The notes below the pieces were generated by a model. The model did no database searches. It was not told the DNA's origin and saw only the letters and a list, made by a program, of their open reading frames with translations. Of a stretch of DNA of 64,000 nt, positions 45,230 through 56,800 are shown in pieces. The position numbers and the translations under genes were made by a program. How positions within the stretch are numbered: position 1 is the first letter of the stretch; each line of letters begins with the position of its first letter. Source of the stretch: Escherichia coli. GTDB lineage: Bacteria; Pseudomonadota; Gammaproteobacteria; Enterobacterales; Enterobacteriaceae. The stretch is taken from NCBI RefSeq assembly GCF_003018255.1, contig NZ_CP027440.1; one strand, 5' to 3'.

Positions 45230-45772
45230 TTAATCCTGCGCCACACGCATAACCAGAGAAGATAACACATCACCTGATTGCACTGAATTATCTGTCAGCT
45301 TCAGGTATTTTGCTTTAAACGGAATAGCATATTGACCTTCCGCTGTTTTATAACTCTCAATGTTAAAAGGTGCAGAAATATCCAGGACATCACTGTTATC
45401 ACCTAAATAGAGATAGTAACCCACGGTATCGTTGCTACTGGCTATCGCCTTATCGTTGCCGGTTATTTTGTCGTTTGTGATCAACGAGAGTTTTACACCA
45501 GCAACTTCTTTCGGGCAGCTAATTTTTAACATGCTGCTGGTTACACCGACTGCATCATCATAGGTAGAATATTTAGCTTTACCTTCAAAGACAGTGGTTG
45601 GTACAGTTGGCATATTAATACTTACTGAATCGCCACCTGCTTCGAATTTACACGGAGATTCTGCAATATTCCCTTTAATGGTTAATGTTCCGGTATCAAC
45701 GTCTGCGGCAAATACCCCAGCGCTCATAAAAAAAGAAGAAAAAACAGCGGCAGCAATAATTGAACGTTTCAT
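45230..45772 (-). CDS. yehD: Major fimbrial subunit-like protein YehD
   Basis: 180 aa, signal peptide, fimbrial-subunit-like C-terminus. Confidence 0.8.
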   Translation of the reverse strand: MKRSIIAAAVFSSFFMSAGVFAADVDTGTLTIKGNIAESPCKFEAGGDSVSINMPTVPTTVFEGKAKYSTYDDAVGVTSSMLKISCPKEVAGVKLSLITNDKITGNDKAIASSNDTVGYYLYLGDNSDVLDISAPFNIESYKTAEGQYAIPFKAKYLKLTDNSVQSGDVLSSLVMRVAQD

Positions 45773-46001
45773 AATATGCTCCTTAATAAAATCTATTTTT
45801 GGTTGTTAAGAGTCTGTATCTCTTGGAAACAAATTTCTCACACCCAAAAAGTTGCCGCAATGTAAACACATTGTTTTATTGATTTAAAGCAAATTAACCA
45901 TTGCAATATAAACACAACAAATACTTAAACGCATTAAATATTTATCAAATCTATTAATTAATGTAGATTTCTATAAATGGTATTATTAATATCAATAAAA
46001 A

Positions 46002-46040
46002 AGCTTAAATCATTCATGTGAATGATTTAAGCTTTCTAAA
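46002..46040 (-). terminator. Rho-independent terminator downstream of yehE
   Basis: Perfect 15 bp inverted repeat agcttaaatcattca/tgaatgatttaagct with 2 bp spacer; U tract on the minus strand. Confidence 0.55.
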
Positions 46041-46064
46041 TCCGATTAAAACCAGGGTGGCAAA

Positions 46065-46346
46065 TTAATCGTAGCGATTTAACACGATTCGACGTTTGCT
46101 ATCGCTATCTGCAGCAATCACTTCCGTCGTTACACCTTTAACTGGCGAAGAAACCTGATGACGGGTATCAACATTATACGTTAACTGACCACAATGCTGT
46201 TGAGGTTGACCATTAACCATAGCCATACTGCATGTCGGGGGACTGATCCTACCATTAATCGTTAATGTGGCAGTTTCTGAAGAGAACGCGGGAGAGGCCA
46301 ATCCATAGGCAAGAAAAATAATTCCTGACAGCCAATACTTATTCAT
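46065..46346 (-). CDS. yehE: Small secreted protein YehE
   Basis: 93 aa with signal peptide. Confidence 0.7.
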   Translation of the reverse strand: MNKYWLSGIIFLAYGLASPAFSSETATLTINGRISPPTCSMAMVNGQPQQHCGQLTYNVDTRHQVSSPVKGVTTEVIAADSDSKRRIVLNRYD

Positions 46347-46608
46347 TGAACGTTATCCCTGTAGTAAAGGTTATGCCTGGATAGAATGAGTGCATAACAA
46401 ACTATAGCTGTACATCCACTACACAGCCACGAAGGATGATAATGAAGCATTGCCTGTACGATCAATCGACTTTGTAGAGTTTCGGACGAAGGTCCGCAGA
46501 ATATTCGCAGCATTAAATAAGTGTTCATTAATGCGGCAAAAACAAATACACCGCATCAATGTAACATCTCTGCGGTGTATGAAGAATAACCAGAATGGTT
46601 AATACGCG

Positions 46609-47718
46609 TTAGACCGCGCGGAAGGAAATCTCGCCTGGAATGACTTCACCCTGCCAGTAAAGCTGAGCTGCAACGCGGTCAGCCAGCTGGCGGTAGATAG
46701 CGGTAAATTCGCTCTCAGGACGGCTGATAACCGTTGGCGTGCCTTTATCGAGATCCTCACGTAAGGAGATGTGTAACGGCATCTGCCCCAGCAGCTGTGT
46801 GTGGTATTTCTCGGCCAGTTTCTCTGCACCACCGGTACCGAAAATCGGTTCATGGTGACCACAGTTACTGCAAATATGCACACTCATGTTCTCGACAATA
46901 CCGAGCACCGGAACCTCGACTTTCTCGAACATCACAATGCCTTTTTTCGCATCGATCAACGCGATGTCCTGCGGGGTGGTGACCACGACTGCACCGGTTA
47001 CTGGAATGTTTTGTGCCAATGTCAATTGAATGTCACCGGTACCTGGCGGCATATCAAGCACCAGATAGTCGAGATCCGGCCACAAGGTTTCCTGCAACAT
47101 TTGCATTAACGCCTTGCTCGCCATTGGGCCACGCCACACCATCGCATTGTCGTCTGTCACCAGATAACCAATTGAATTAGTTGCCAGGCCATGAGACATA
47201 ATCGGTGCCATATGGGTACCGTCCGGCGAAGTTGGACGCTGATTTTCTGCACCCAGCATGTTAGGGATTGATGGGCCGTAGATATCGGCGTCCAGAATGC
47301 CGACTTTCGCCCCTTCCGCCGCCAGTGCCAACGCCAGGTTTACCGCCGTGGAGGATTTACCCACGCCACCTTTACCGGAACTGACCGCGATAATGTTCTT
47401 CACGCCGTTAATTCCCGGCTGATTCTTCACGCGTTTCAGAGTGGCTATGTTATGCGACAGTTTCCAGTCGATAGCTTTCGCTCCGGTGATGCGCAGCAGT
47501 TCGGCGCTACATTGCTCTTTTAACTCTTCGAACGCGCTATGCCAGACGAATGGCATAACCAGTTCCACATGCAGCGTGTCGTCCATCCAGGCGACATGGT
47601 GCAACGCTTTCAGCGTTGTGAGGTTATGCTTCAGGGTTGGGTGCTGAAAATTGGCCAGTGTCCCGGCGACCATTGCGCGCAAGGCTTCTGGTGATTTGGC
47701 CTGGGATTGTTCGTTCAT
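46609..47718 (-). CDS. mrp: Fe-S cluster carrier ATPase Mrp/ApbC
   Basis: ORF 46609..47748; start placed at ATG 47718 (MNEQSQAKSPEAL..., 369 aa); P-loop SGKGGVGKS, CxxC motif. Confidence 0.9.
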   Translation of the reverse strand: MNEQSQAKSPEALRAMVAGTLANFQHPTLKHNLTTLKALHHVAWMDDTLHVELVMPFVWHSAFEELKEQCSAELLRITGAKAIDWKLSHNIATLKRVKNQPGINGVKNIIAVSSGKGGVGKSSTAVNLALALAAEGAKVGILDADIYGPSIPNMLGAENQRPTSPDGTHMAPIMSHGLATNSIGYLVTDDNAMVWRGPMASKALMQMLQETLWPDLDYLVLDMPPGTGDIQLTLAQNIPVTGAVVVTTPQDIALIDAKKGIVMFEKVEVPVLGIVENMSVHICSNCGHHEPIFGTGGAEKLAEKYHTQLLGQMPLHISLREDLDKGTPTVISRPESEFTAIYRQLADRVAAQLYWQGEVIPGEISFRAV

Positions 47719-47849
47719 CCCGACTCCTTTTTTGTATAGATAAACCATCAGTTGATAGTTTACCTGAAGAATATAGAGAAGTACTTACTTAACATTTTCC
47801 CATTTGGTACTATCTAAGCCCTTTTCACTATTAAGAAGTAATGCCTACT

Positions 47850-49883
47850 ATGACTCAAGTCGCGAAGAAAATTCTGGTGACGTGCGCACTGCCGTACGCT
47901 AACGGCTCAATCCACCTCGGCCATATGCTGGAGCACATCCAGGCTGATGTCTGGGTCCGTTACCAGCGAATGCGCGGCCACGAGGTCAACTTCATCTGCG
48001 CCGACGATGCCCACGGTACACCAATCATGTTGAAAGCTCAGCAGCTTGGTATCACTCCGGAGCAGATGATTGGCGAAATGAGTCAGGAGCATCAGACTGA
48101 TTTCGCAGGCTTTAACATCAGCTATGACAACTATCACTCGACGCACAGCGAAGAGAACCGCCAGTTGTCAGAACTTATCTACTCTCGCCTGAAAGAAAAC
48201 GGTTTTATTAAAAACCGCACCATCTCTCAGCTGTACGATCCGGAAAAAGGCATGTTCCTGCCGGACCGTTTTGTAAAAGGCACCTGCCCGAAATGTAAAT
48301 CCCCGGATCAATACGGCGATAACTGCGAAGTCTGCGGCGCGACCTACAGCCCGACTGAACTGATCGAGCCGAAATCGGTGGTTTCTGGCGCTACCCCGGT
48401 AATGCGTGATTCTGAACACTTCTTCTTTGATCTGCCCTCTTTCAGCGAAATGCTGCAGGCATGGACCCGCAGCGGTGCGTTGCAGGAGCAGGTGGCAAAT
48501 AAAATGCAGGAGTGGTTTGAATCTGGCCTGCAACAGTGGGATATCTCCCGCGACGCCCCTTATTTCGGTTTTGAAATTCCGAACGCGCCGGGCAAATATT
48601 TCTACGTCTGGCTGGACGCACCGATTGGCTACATGGGTTCTTTCAAGAATCTGTGTGACAAGCGCGGCGACAGCGTAAGCTTCGATGAATACTGGAAGAA
48701 AGACTCCACTGCCGAGCTGTACCACTTCATCGGTAAAGATATTGTTTACTTCCACAGCCTGTTCTGGCCTGCCATGTTGGAAGGTAGCAACTTCCGCAAG
48801 CCGACCAACCTGTTTGTTCACGGCTATGTAACGGTGAACGGCGCGAAGATGTCCAAGTCTCGCGGCACCTTTATTAAAGCCAGCACCTGGCTGAATCATT
48901 TTGACGCTGACAGCCTGCGTTACTACTACACTGCGAAACTCTCTTCGCGCATTGATGATATCGATCTCAACCTCGAGGATTTCGTTCAGCGTGTGAATGC
49001 TGATATCGTCAACAAAGTGGTTAATCTGGCGTCCCGTAACGCGGGCTTTATCAACAAACGTTTTGACGGCGTGCTGGCAAGCGAACTGGCTGACCCGCAA
49101 CTGTACAAAACCTTCACTGATGCCGCTGAAGAGATTGGCGAAGCGTGGGAAAGCCGTGAATTTGGTAAAGCAGTGCGCGAAATCATGGCACTGGCTGACC
49201 TGGCTAACCGCTATGTCGATGAACAGGCTCCGTGGGTGGTGGCGAAGCAGGAAGGTCGCGATGCTGACCTGCAGGCGATTTGCTCTATGGGCATTAACCT
49301 GTTCCGCGTACTGATGACTTACCTGAAGCCGGTACTGCCGAAACTGACTGAACGAGCAGAAGCATTCCTGAATACGGAACTGACCTGGGATGGTATCCAG
49401 CAACCGCTGCTGGGCCATAAAGTGAATCCGTTCAAAGCACTGTATAACCGTATCGACATGAAGCAGGTTGAAGCACTGGTGGAAGCGTCTAAAGAAGAAG
49501 TGAAAGCCACTACCGCGCCAGTTACTGGCCCACTGGCAGATGATCCGATTCAGGAAACCATCACCTTTGACGACTTCGCTAAAGTTGACCTGCGCGTGGC
49601 GCTGATTGAAAACGCAGAGTTTGTTGAAGGTTCTGACAAACTGCTGCGCCTGACGCTGGATCTCGGCGGTGAAAAACGCAATGTCTTCTCCGGCATTCGT
49701 TCTGCTTACCCGGATCCGCAGGCACTTATTGGTCGTCACACCATTATGGTGGCTAACCTGGCACCACGTAAAATGCGCTTCGGTATCTCCGAAGGCATGG
49801 TGATGGCTGCTGGTCCTGGCGGGAAAGATATCTTCCTGCTAAGCCCGGATGCCGGTGCTAAACCGGGTCATCAGGTGAAATAA
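47850..49883 (+). CDS. metG: Methionyl-tRNA synthetase
   Basis: ORF 47841..49883; start at ATG 47850 ([10 protein letters not shown]..., 677 aa); HIGH motif ([12 protein letters not shown]), KMSKS present, Zn knuckle CPKC...CEVC. Confidence 0.95.
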   Translation: MTQVAKKILVTCALPYANGSIHLGHMLEHIQADVWVRYQRMRGHEVNFICADDAHGTPIMLKAQQLGITPEQMIGEMSQEHQTDFAGFNISYDNYHSTHSEENRQLSELIYSRLKENGFIKNRTISQLYDPEKGMFLPDRFVKGTCPKCKSPDQYGDNCEVCGATYSPTELIEPKSVVSGATPVMRDSEHFFFDLPSFSEMLQAWTRSGALQEQVANKMQEWFESGLQQWDISRDAPYFGFEIPNAPGKYFYVWLDAPIGYMGSFKNLCDKRGDSVSFDEYWKKDSTAELYHFIGKDIVYFHSLFWPAMLEGSNFRKPTNLFVHGYVTVNGAKMSKSRGTFIKASTWLNHFDADSLRYYYTAKLSSRIDDIDLNLEDFVQRVNADIVNKVVNLASRNAGFINKRFDGVLASELADPQLYKTFTDAAEEIGEAWESREFGKAVREIMALADLANRYVDEQAPWVVAKQEGRDADLQAICSMGINLFRVLMTYLKPVLPKLTERAEAFLNTELTWDGIQQPLLGHKVNPFKALYNRIDMKQVEALVEASKEEVKATTAPVTGPLADDPIQETITFDDFAKVDLRVALIENAEFVEGSDKLLRLTLDLGGEKRNVFSGIRSAYPDPQALIGRHTIMVANLAPRKMRFGISEGMVMAAGPGGKDIFLLSPDAGAKPGHQVK

Positions 49884-49893
49884 TCCCCCCTTC

Positions 49894-49925
49894 AAGGCGC
49901 TGCATCGACAGCGCCTTTTCTTTAT
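49894..49925 (+). terminator. Rho-independent terminator of metG
   Basis: Hairpin aaggcgctgcatcgacagcgcctt followed by ttctttat. Confidence 0.7.
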
Positions 49926-50024
49926 AAATTCCTAAATTTGTTTTCTTGCGATTTTGTCTCTCTCTAACCCGCATAAATACTGGTAGCATCTGCATTCAAC
50001 TGGATAAAATTACAGGGATGCAGA

Positions 50025-53000
50025 ATGAGACACTTTATCTATCAGGACGAAAAATCACATAAATTCTGGGCGGTGGAGCAGCAGGGAAACGAACTGCACA
50101 TCAACTGGGGTAAAGTCGGCACCAACGGACAAAGCCAGGTAAAAAGTTTTGCGGATGCAGCAGCGGCGGAAAAAGCGGGACTGAAGCTGATTGCAGAGAA
50201 GGTGAAGAAGGGGTATGTGGAGCAAGCGAAGGATAATTCTTTGCAACCTTCCCAAACGGTAACGGACTCTCTCAAGGTAGCTGACTTATCCACCATTATT
50301 CAGGAACAACCCTCTTTCGTAGCAGAAACCCGTGCGGCTGACAAAAATACAGATGCTGTTTTACCGTGGCTGGCGAAAGATATTGCTGTCGTTTTTCCGC
50401 CCGAAGTTGTACACACCACGTTAAGTCATCGCCGCTTTCCCGGAGTTCCTGTTCAGCAAGCAGACAAATTGACCCAATTACGTCGCTTAGCCTGTAGTGT
50501 GTCGCAACGGGATAATAAAACAGCCACATTTGACTTCAGCGCCTGTTCTTTAGAATGGCAAAACACCGTCGCCCAGGCGATCAGTCAGATCGACGGCCTG
50601 AAAACAACACAGCTACCATCACCCGTAATGGCTGTACTCACTGCACTTGAAATGAAATGCACAAGATATAAAGAGCGTGAGGATGTTATGGATCAGATTA
50701 TTCAGGAAGGCGGTCTGGAATATGCTACTGATGTAATAATACATCTTCAACAAATATCTATTGAATGGGATTATGTCAACAATAATATTGTTTTCCTGTC
50801 GTCTGGCATTTCACCTGATTACTTGCAGCAATATTCCAGCTTTGAATTACGCCTACGTAAACATTTATCACTGGCGGAAGAGTCTCTCTGGCAAAAATGT
50901 GCACAAAAACTTATTGCCGCAATTCCACATATTCCAGAATGGCGGCAACCATTAATTGCTTTGTTATTACCCGAAAAACCAGAAATTGCACATGAAATTT
51001 CCCAGCGTCTACTGGGGCAAAAGAAATTACCCTCGCTTGAGTGGCTAAAAATAGTGGCGACTGATGAGCACATTCTTGCCTCATTAGAAAAATATCACGA
51101 GCCATATGCCATTTTTGATGATTACTATTGTGGTGCGATATGGTCAGCCACCGTATTACAGGAGCAAGGTGTTACAGCCCTGCCCCGATTTGCTCCCTAT
51201 GCCGCAAGTGACTACTGCGCCGATGTGTTGCGTCATATCAATCATCCGTTCGCATTAACACTGCTTATACGTGTAGCCGGGCATACTAAACGCTGTCACG
51301 ATCGAATGACGAAAGCCTGCGCTGCGTTCCCACACGCAGCACTGGCAGCACTGGCGGAACTTCTAGTGCAAAAAGAAGAGAATAGTTGGCGCATTATGCT
51401 AATGACGATGCTTATCTCGCATCCGACACTAGCAGAACAGGTCATTCCCTGGCTTTCGACACCCGCAGTTGCAGTGCTGAAATCATGTCAGCAACAACTG
51501 ACACAGCCCTCAAACCATGCCAGCGCCGATCTACTGCCGGCCATAGTAGTCTCCCCACCATGGCTTTCGAAAAAGAAAAAATCGCCGATTCCGGTGCTGG
51601 ATTTAGCACCGCTCAACCTCGAATCCATATGCACAATAACCGACACAGAAGCTAAAGAGTTTCAAACTCATTGGGACTGGGAACCGCATAAGCCAAGTGA
51701 AGGTGCTAAAAATTTCCTTTACTCGCTGGGGTATCGCCGCTGGGATTTTGACACATATAAATATATCGGCGCTTCTGACTCGGCAATTGACGCATGGGAA
51801 CGTGAGGACTTCGCTACACTCATCCAAATGTTTAAAGCCCACCATGCACCGTATCAGGGGGAGTGGCATCTCAACTCACTTCCCTTTTTACCTATGCAAA
51901 AAGCGATTAAGCTATGGGAATTTCTCAGCAAAGAGCCGCATACCGCGATAAAACCAGTCATGCTTTATTTGCGACTGGCAGGTATGAGTGGTTTTCTACA
52001 CTCGTTTTCACGCTACCCTCAAGAAGGTTTTGCGGTTGCTAATTATTTTGCCGCAACGGAACTGGCTCCTGCCGTCGCCCGCGCCTTCAACAAACTCAAA
52101 ACATTACGACAAGACGCCAGTAGCTGGCTGCTGAAATACCCGGAACACGCCATTACCGGCCTGCTGCCTGCAGCGCTCGGCAAAGCCAGTGAAGCACAGG
52201 ACAACGCCCGTGCTGCCTTGCGTATGCTTACCGAAAACGGTCATCAGCCATTGCTGCAAGAAATCGCCCGGCGTTATAACCAGCCGGAAGTAACCGATGC
52301 GGTGAACGCTCTACTTGCGCTCGATGCCTTAGATAATCACCCGACAAAAATCCCCACTCTTCCGACCTTTTATCAGCCATCGCTCTGGACGCGCCCGTTA
52401 TTAAAAGCAAACGCCCAATCACTGCCTGATAGCGCACTCCTCCACCTCGGTGAAATGCTCCGCTTCCCTCAGGAAGAGGCACTGTATCCGGGATTATTGC
52501 AGGTGAAAGATGCCTGTACCACCGACTCACTGGCTGAATTTGCCTGGGATCTGTTTACCGCCTGGCAGACCGCTGGCGCGCCGTCGAAAGAGAGTTGGGC
52601 GTTCACTGCGTTAGGCGTTCTCGGTAACGATGACACCGCCCGCAAACTGACGCCTTTGATTCGCGCCTGGCCTGGTGAATCCCAGCATAAACGCGCCACC
52701 GTCGGGTTGGATATTCTCGCTGCTATCGGTAGTGATATCGCCCTGATGCAGCTTAACGGCATCGCCCAGAAACTGAAATTCAAAGCATTACAGGAGCGGG
52801 CAAAAGAAAAAATTGCCGACATTGCCGAGAGCCGCGAACTCACGGTGGCGGAGCTTGAAGATCGGTTAGCACCGGATCTCGGTCTGGATGATAATGGTTC
52901 GTTGTTGCTGGATTTCGGCCCACGCCAGTTCACCGTCAGCTTTGATGAAACCTTAAAACCGTTTGTGCGTGACGCTTCCGGCAGTCGTCTGAAAGACCTG

Positions 53001-53813
53001 CCCAAACCAAACAAAAGCGATGATGAATTACAGGCGAACAATGCTGTTAACCGCTACAAATTGCTGAAAAAAGATGCGCGTACCGTCGCCGCCCAGCAGG
53101 TAGCAAGGCTGGAATCCGCCATGTGCCTGCGTCGCCGCTGGTCACCGGAAAACTTTCAGCTCTTCCTGGTTGAGCATCCGCTGGTCCGCCACTTAACCCG
53201 CCGTCTGATTTGGGGCGTTTATAGCGCCGAAAACCAGCTACTGGCTTGCTTTCGCGTAGCGGAAGATAACAGCTACAGCACCGCTGACGATGATCTTTTC
53301 ACCCTGCCGGAAGGCGATATCTCTATTGGTATTCCTCACGTTCTGGAAATATCACCGACGGATGCTGCCGCCTTCGGGCAGCTTTTTGCCGACTACGAAC
53401 TGTTACCACCGTTCCGCCAGCTTGATCGTAACAGTTACGCGCTGACAGAAGCCGAGCGCAATGCCAGCGAACTGACACGCTGGGCAGGCAGAAAATGCCC
53501 GAGTGGTCGGGTAATGGGGCTGGCAAATAAAGGCTGGATGCGTGGTGAACCGCAGGACGGTGGCTGGATCGGCTGGATGATCAAACCTCTGGGCCGCTGG
53601 TCGTTAATCATGGAAATCGATGAAGGTTTTGCGGTCGGCATGTCGCCAGCCGAACTCAGTGCCGAGCAACTCTTAAGCAAGCTGTGGCTATGGGAAGGCA
53701 AAGCGGAAAGCTATGGCTGGGGGAGTAATTCAACACAGGAAGCGCAGTTCTCCGTACTCGATGCCATCACCGCCAGCGAGCTAATTAACGATATTGAAGC
53801 CCTGTTTGAATAA
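50025..53813 (+). CDS. molR: Large WGR-domain / DUF4132 protein (MolR/YehH family), uninterrupted 1262 aa
   Basis: Single continuous ORF; N-terminal WGR-like domain (FWAVEQQGNELHINWGKVGTNGQ); extensive similarity to the downstream paralog. Confidence 0.75.
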   Translation: MRHFIYQDEKSHKFWAVEQQGNELHINWGKVGTNGQSQVKSFADAAAAEKAGLKLIAEKVKKGYVEQAKDNSLQPSQTVTDSLKVADLSTIIQEQPSFVAETRAADKNTDAVLPWLAKDIAVVFPPEVVHTTLSHRRFPGVPVQQADKLTQLRRLACSVSQRDNKTATFDFSACSLEWQNTVAQAISQIDGLKTTQLPSPVMAVLTALEMKCTRYKEREDVMDQIIQEGGLEYATDVIIHLQQISIEWDYVNNNIVFLSSGISPDYLQQYSSFELRLRKHLSLAEESLWQKCAQKLIAAIPHIPEWRQPLIALLLPEKPEIAHEISQRLLGQKKLPSLEWLKIVATDEHILASLEKYHEPYAIFDDYYCGAIWSATVLQEQGVTALPRFAPYAASDYCADVLRHINHPFALTLLIRVAGHTKRCHDRMTKACAAFPHAALAALAELLVQKEENSWRIMLMTMLISHPTLAEQVIPWLSTPAVAVLKSCQQQLTQPSNHASADLLPAIVVSPPWLSKKKKSPIPVLDLAPLNLESICTITDTEAKEFQTHWDWEPHKPSEGAKNFLYSLGYRRWDFDTYKYIGASDSAIDAWEREDFATLIQMFKAHHAPYQGEWHLNSLPFLPMQKAIKLWEFLSKEPHTAIKPVMLYLRLAGMSGFLHSFSRYPQEGFAVANYFAATELAPAVARAFNKLKTLRQDASSWLLKYPEHAITGLLPAALGKASEAQDNARAALRMLTENGHQPLLQEIARRYNQPEVTDAVNALLALDALDNHPTKIPTLPTFYQPSLWTRPLLKANAQSLPDSALLHLGEMLRFPQEEALYPGLLQVKDACTTDSLAEFAWDLFTAWQTAGAPSKESWAFTALGVLGNDDTARKLTPLIRAWPGESQHKRATVGLDILAAIGSDIALMQLNGIAQKLKFKALQERAKEKIADIAESRELTVAELEDRLAPDLGLDDNGSLLLDFGPRQFTVSFDETLKPFVRDASGSRLKDLPKPNKSDDELQANNAVNRYKLLKKDARTVAAQQVARLESAMCLRRRWSPENFQLFLVEHPLVRHLTRRLIWGVYSAENQLLACFRVAEDNSYSTADDDLFTLPEGDISIGIPHVLEISPTDAAAFGQLFADYELLPPFRQLDRNSYALTEAERNASELTRWAGRKCPSGRVMGLANKGWMRGEPQDGGWIGWMIKPLGRWSLIMEIDEGFAVGMSPAELSAEQLLSKLWLWEGKAESYGWGSNSTQEAQFSVLDAITASELINDIEALFE

Positions 53814-53822
53814 GGAAAGAGC

Positions 53823-56800
53823 ATGGACAAGGAATTACCGTGGCTGGCGGATAACGCCCAACTGGAACTGAAATATAAAAAAGGCAAAACACCACTCAGC
53901 CATCGCAATTGGCCAGGCGAACCGGTACCTGTTATCACTGAAAACATCATTCAGACACTGGGTGATGAATTGCTACAAAAAGCAGAGAAGAAAAAAAACA
54001 TTGTCTGGCGTTATGAAAACTTTTCACTGGAGTGGCAGTCCGCCATCACGCAGGCCATCAACTTGATCGGCGAACACAAACCCTCAATCACGGCCCGGAC
54101 AATGGCGGCGCTAGCCTGTATCGCGCAAAATGATAGCCAACAGTTGCTCGACGAAATCGTCCAACACGAGGGGCTGGAATATGCAACTGAGGTGGTGATT
54201 GCACGCCAGTTTATTGTACGGTGTTATGAGAGTGATCCTCTGGTAGTAACATTGCAATATCAGAACGAGGACTATGGCTATGGTTATCGCTCAGAAACCT
54301 ATAACGAATTCGATCTCCGATTGCGTAAGCATCTCTCTCTGGCAGAGGAAAGCTGCTGGCAGCGTTGCGCCGACAAACTCATTGCCGCACTGCCAGGAAT
54401 AACCAAAGTTCGCCGCCCTTTTATTGCGCTGAACCTCCCGGAAAAACCCGAAATCGCCAACGAGCTGGTAAGCCTTGAATGTTCGCAAACTCATTTTCGC
54501 TCAAAAGAGTGGTTAAAAGTTGTTGCTGATGACCCTAAGGCGGTGAAAGAACTCGCACGTTACTGGAGCCAGGATATATTTAGCGATCGAGAAGCCAGCT
54601 ACATGTCGCATGAAAACCACTTCGGCTACGCGGCCTGCGCTGCCCTTTTGCGCGAACAAGGACTGGCAGCCGTTCCGCGCCTCGCGATGTATGCACATAA
54701 AGAAGATTGCGGCAGTCTGCTGGTACAAATTAACCATCCGCAAGTCATCCGCACCTTGCTACTGGTGGCTGATAAAAACAAACCCAGCCTGCAACGTGTG
54801 GCTAAATACAGTAAAAACTTCCCCCATGCGACGCTCGCCGCACTGGCAGAACTGCTGGCGTTAAAAGCCCCCCCTGCGCGCCCTGGTTATCCCATCATCG
54901 AAGACCAAAAGCTGCCTGCACAGCAAAAAGCACGTGATGAATACTGGCATACGCTGTTACAAACGCTGATGGCATCGCAGCCACAACTGGCAGAAGAGGT
55001 GATGCCGTGGTTAAGTACTCAAGCCCGGGCAGTGCTGAATAGTTATTTATCGGCACCGCCCAAAACGGTTATTGATAGCACCGATAACAGCCAAATGCCT
55101 GAAATCCTCGTTTCACCACCGTGGCGTAGTAAGAAAAAAATGACAGCTCCACGTCTTGATTTGGCACCGCTCGAATTAACCCCGCAAGTTTACTGGCAAC
55201 CAGGCGAACAAGAGAGGCTTGCCTCCACTGAGTCTGCCCGTTATTTCAGCACGGAATCTCTTGCTGAACGCATGGAACAAAAAAGTGGACGAGTTGTATT
55301 ACAGGAACTGGGTTTTGGGGATGATGTATGGCTGTTTCTGAATTATATACTCCCCGGAAAACTGGATGCTGCACGCAATTCACTCATTGTTCAGTGGCAT
55401 TACTACCCAGGGCGGGTTGAAGAGATCATGAATGGCTGGAGCTCCCCGGAAGCTCAATTAGCAGAACAGGCGCTTCGCAGCGGTCACGTAGAAGTGTTAA
55501 TTAACATATGGGAAAATGACAGCTACTCACGTTATCGTCCGGAAAAGAGTGTCTGGAACCTGTATTTATTGGCACAGTTGCCGCGTGAGATGGCTTTGCC
55601 TTTCTGGCTACGTATCAATGAGAAAAAGCATCTGTCTGCGGGTGAGGACTATTTTCTCAGTATCTTCGGATTGGATGCTCTACCAGGTCTGCTGTTGGCT
55701 TTTTCACATCGTCCAAAAGAAACATTTCCGTTAATTTTAAATTTTGGCGCAACAGAACTGGCCCTGCCCGTTGCCCGCGTCTGGCGACGTTTCGCGGCGC
55801 AGCGTGATCTGGCCCGCCAGTGGATTTTACAATGGCCGGAACATACGGCTACTGCACTTATCCCTCTTGTCTTCACCAAACCCAGCGATAATAGCGAAGC
55901 TGCATTACTTGCCCTACGTTTACTTTACGAACAGGGACATGGTGAATTGCTGCAAACCGCGGCAAACCGCTGGCAGCGTACAGATGTATGGCCTGCCCTG
56001 GAGCATTTACTTAAACAGAGTCCAATAGAGATTTACCCGGCACGCATGCCAAAAGCCCCTGATTTCTGGCATCCGCTAATGTGGTCCAGGCCGCGCCTAA
56101 TCATTAATCATCAACTTATTACCGATGACGCTCTGGAAATTATCGGCGAAATGCTGCGCTTTACCCAGGGGGGACGTTTTCATAGCGGGCTGGAACAACT
56201 GAAAACGTTCTGCCAGCCGCAAACGCTGGCAGCTTTTGCCTGGGATCTCTTCACTGCGTGGCAACAAGCTGGTGCCCCCGCAAAAGACAACTGGGCATTT
56301 CTGGCGTTAAGTCTCTTTGGTGACGAAAGCACGGCACGGGATCTAACGACACAGATCCTCGCCTGGCCACAAGAAGGCAAATCTACCCGTGCTGTCAGTG
56401 GCCTGAACATCCTTACCCTGATGAATAATGATATGGCGCTGATACAGCTGCATCATATATCGCAACGGGCGAAATCCCGCCCCTTACGTGATAACGCGGC
56501 GGAATTTCTTCAGGTGGTCGCAGAAAATCGCGGGCTAAGCCAGGAAGAGTTAGCGGACAGATTAGTCCCAACACTGGGCCTTGATGATCCGCAGGCGTTG
56601 AGTTTTGATTTTGGTCCCCGGCAGTTTACCGTTCGCTTCGATGAAAACCTTAACCCGGTTATCTTTGATCAGCAAAACGTTCGCCAGAAAAGCGTTCCCC
56701 GGTTGCGCACCGATGACGATCAACTGAAAGCGCCCGAGGCACTGGCCCGATTAAAAGGGCTAAAAAAAGATACGACTCAGGTGAGCAAAAACCTGCTCCC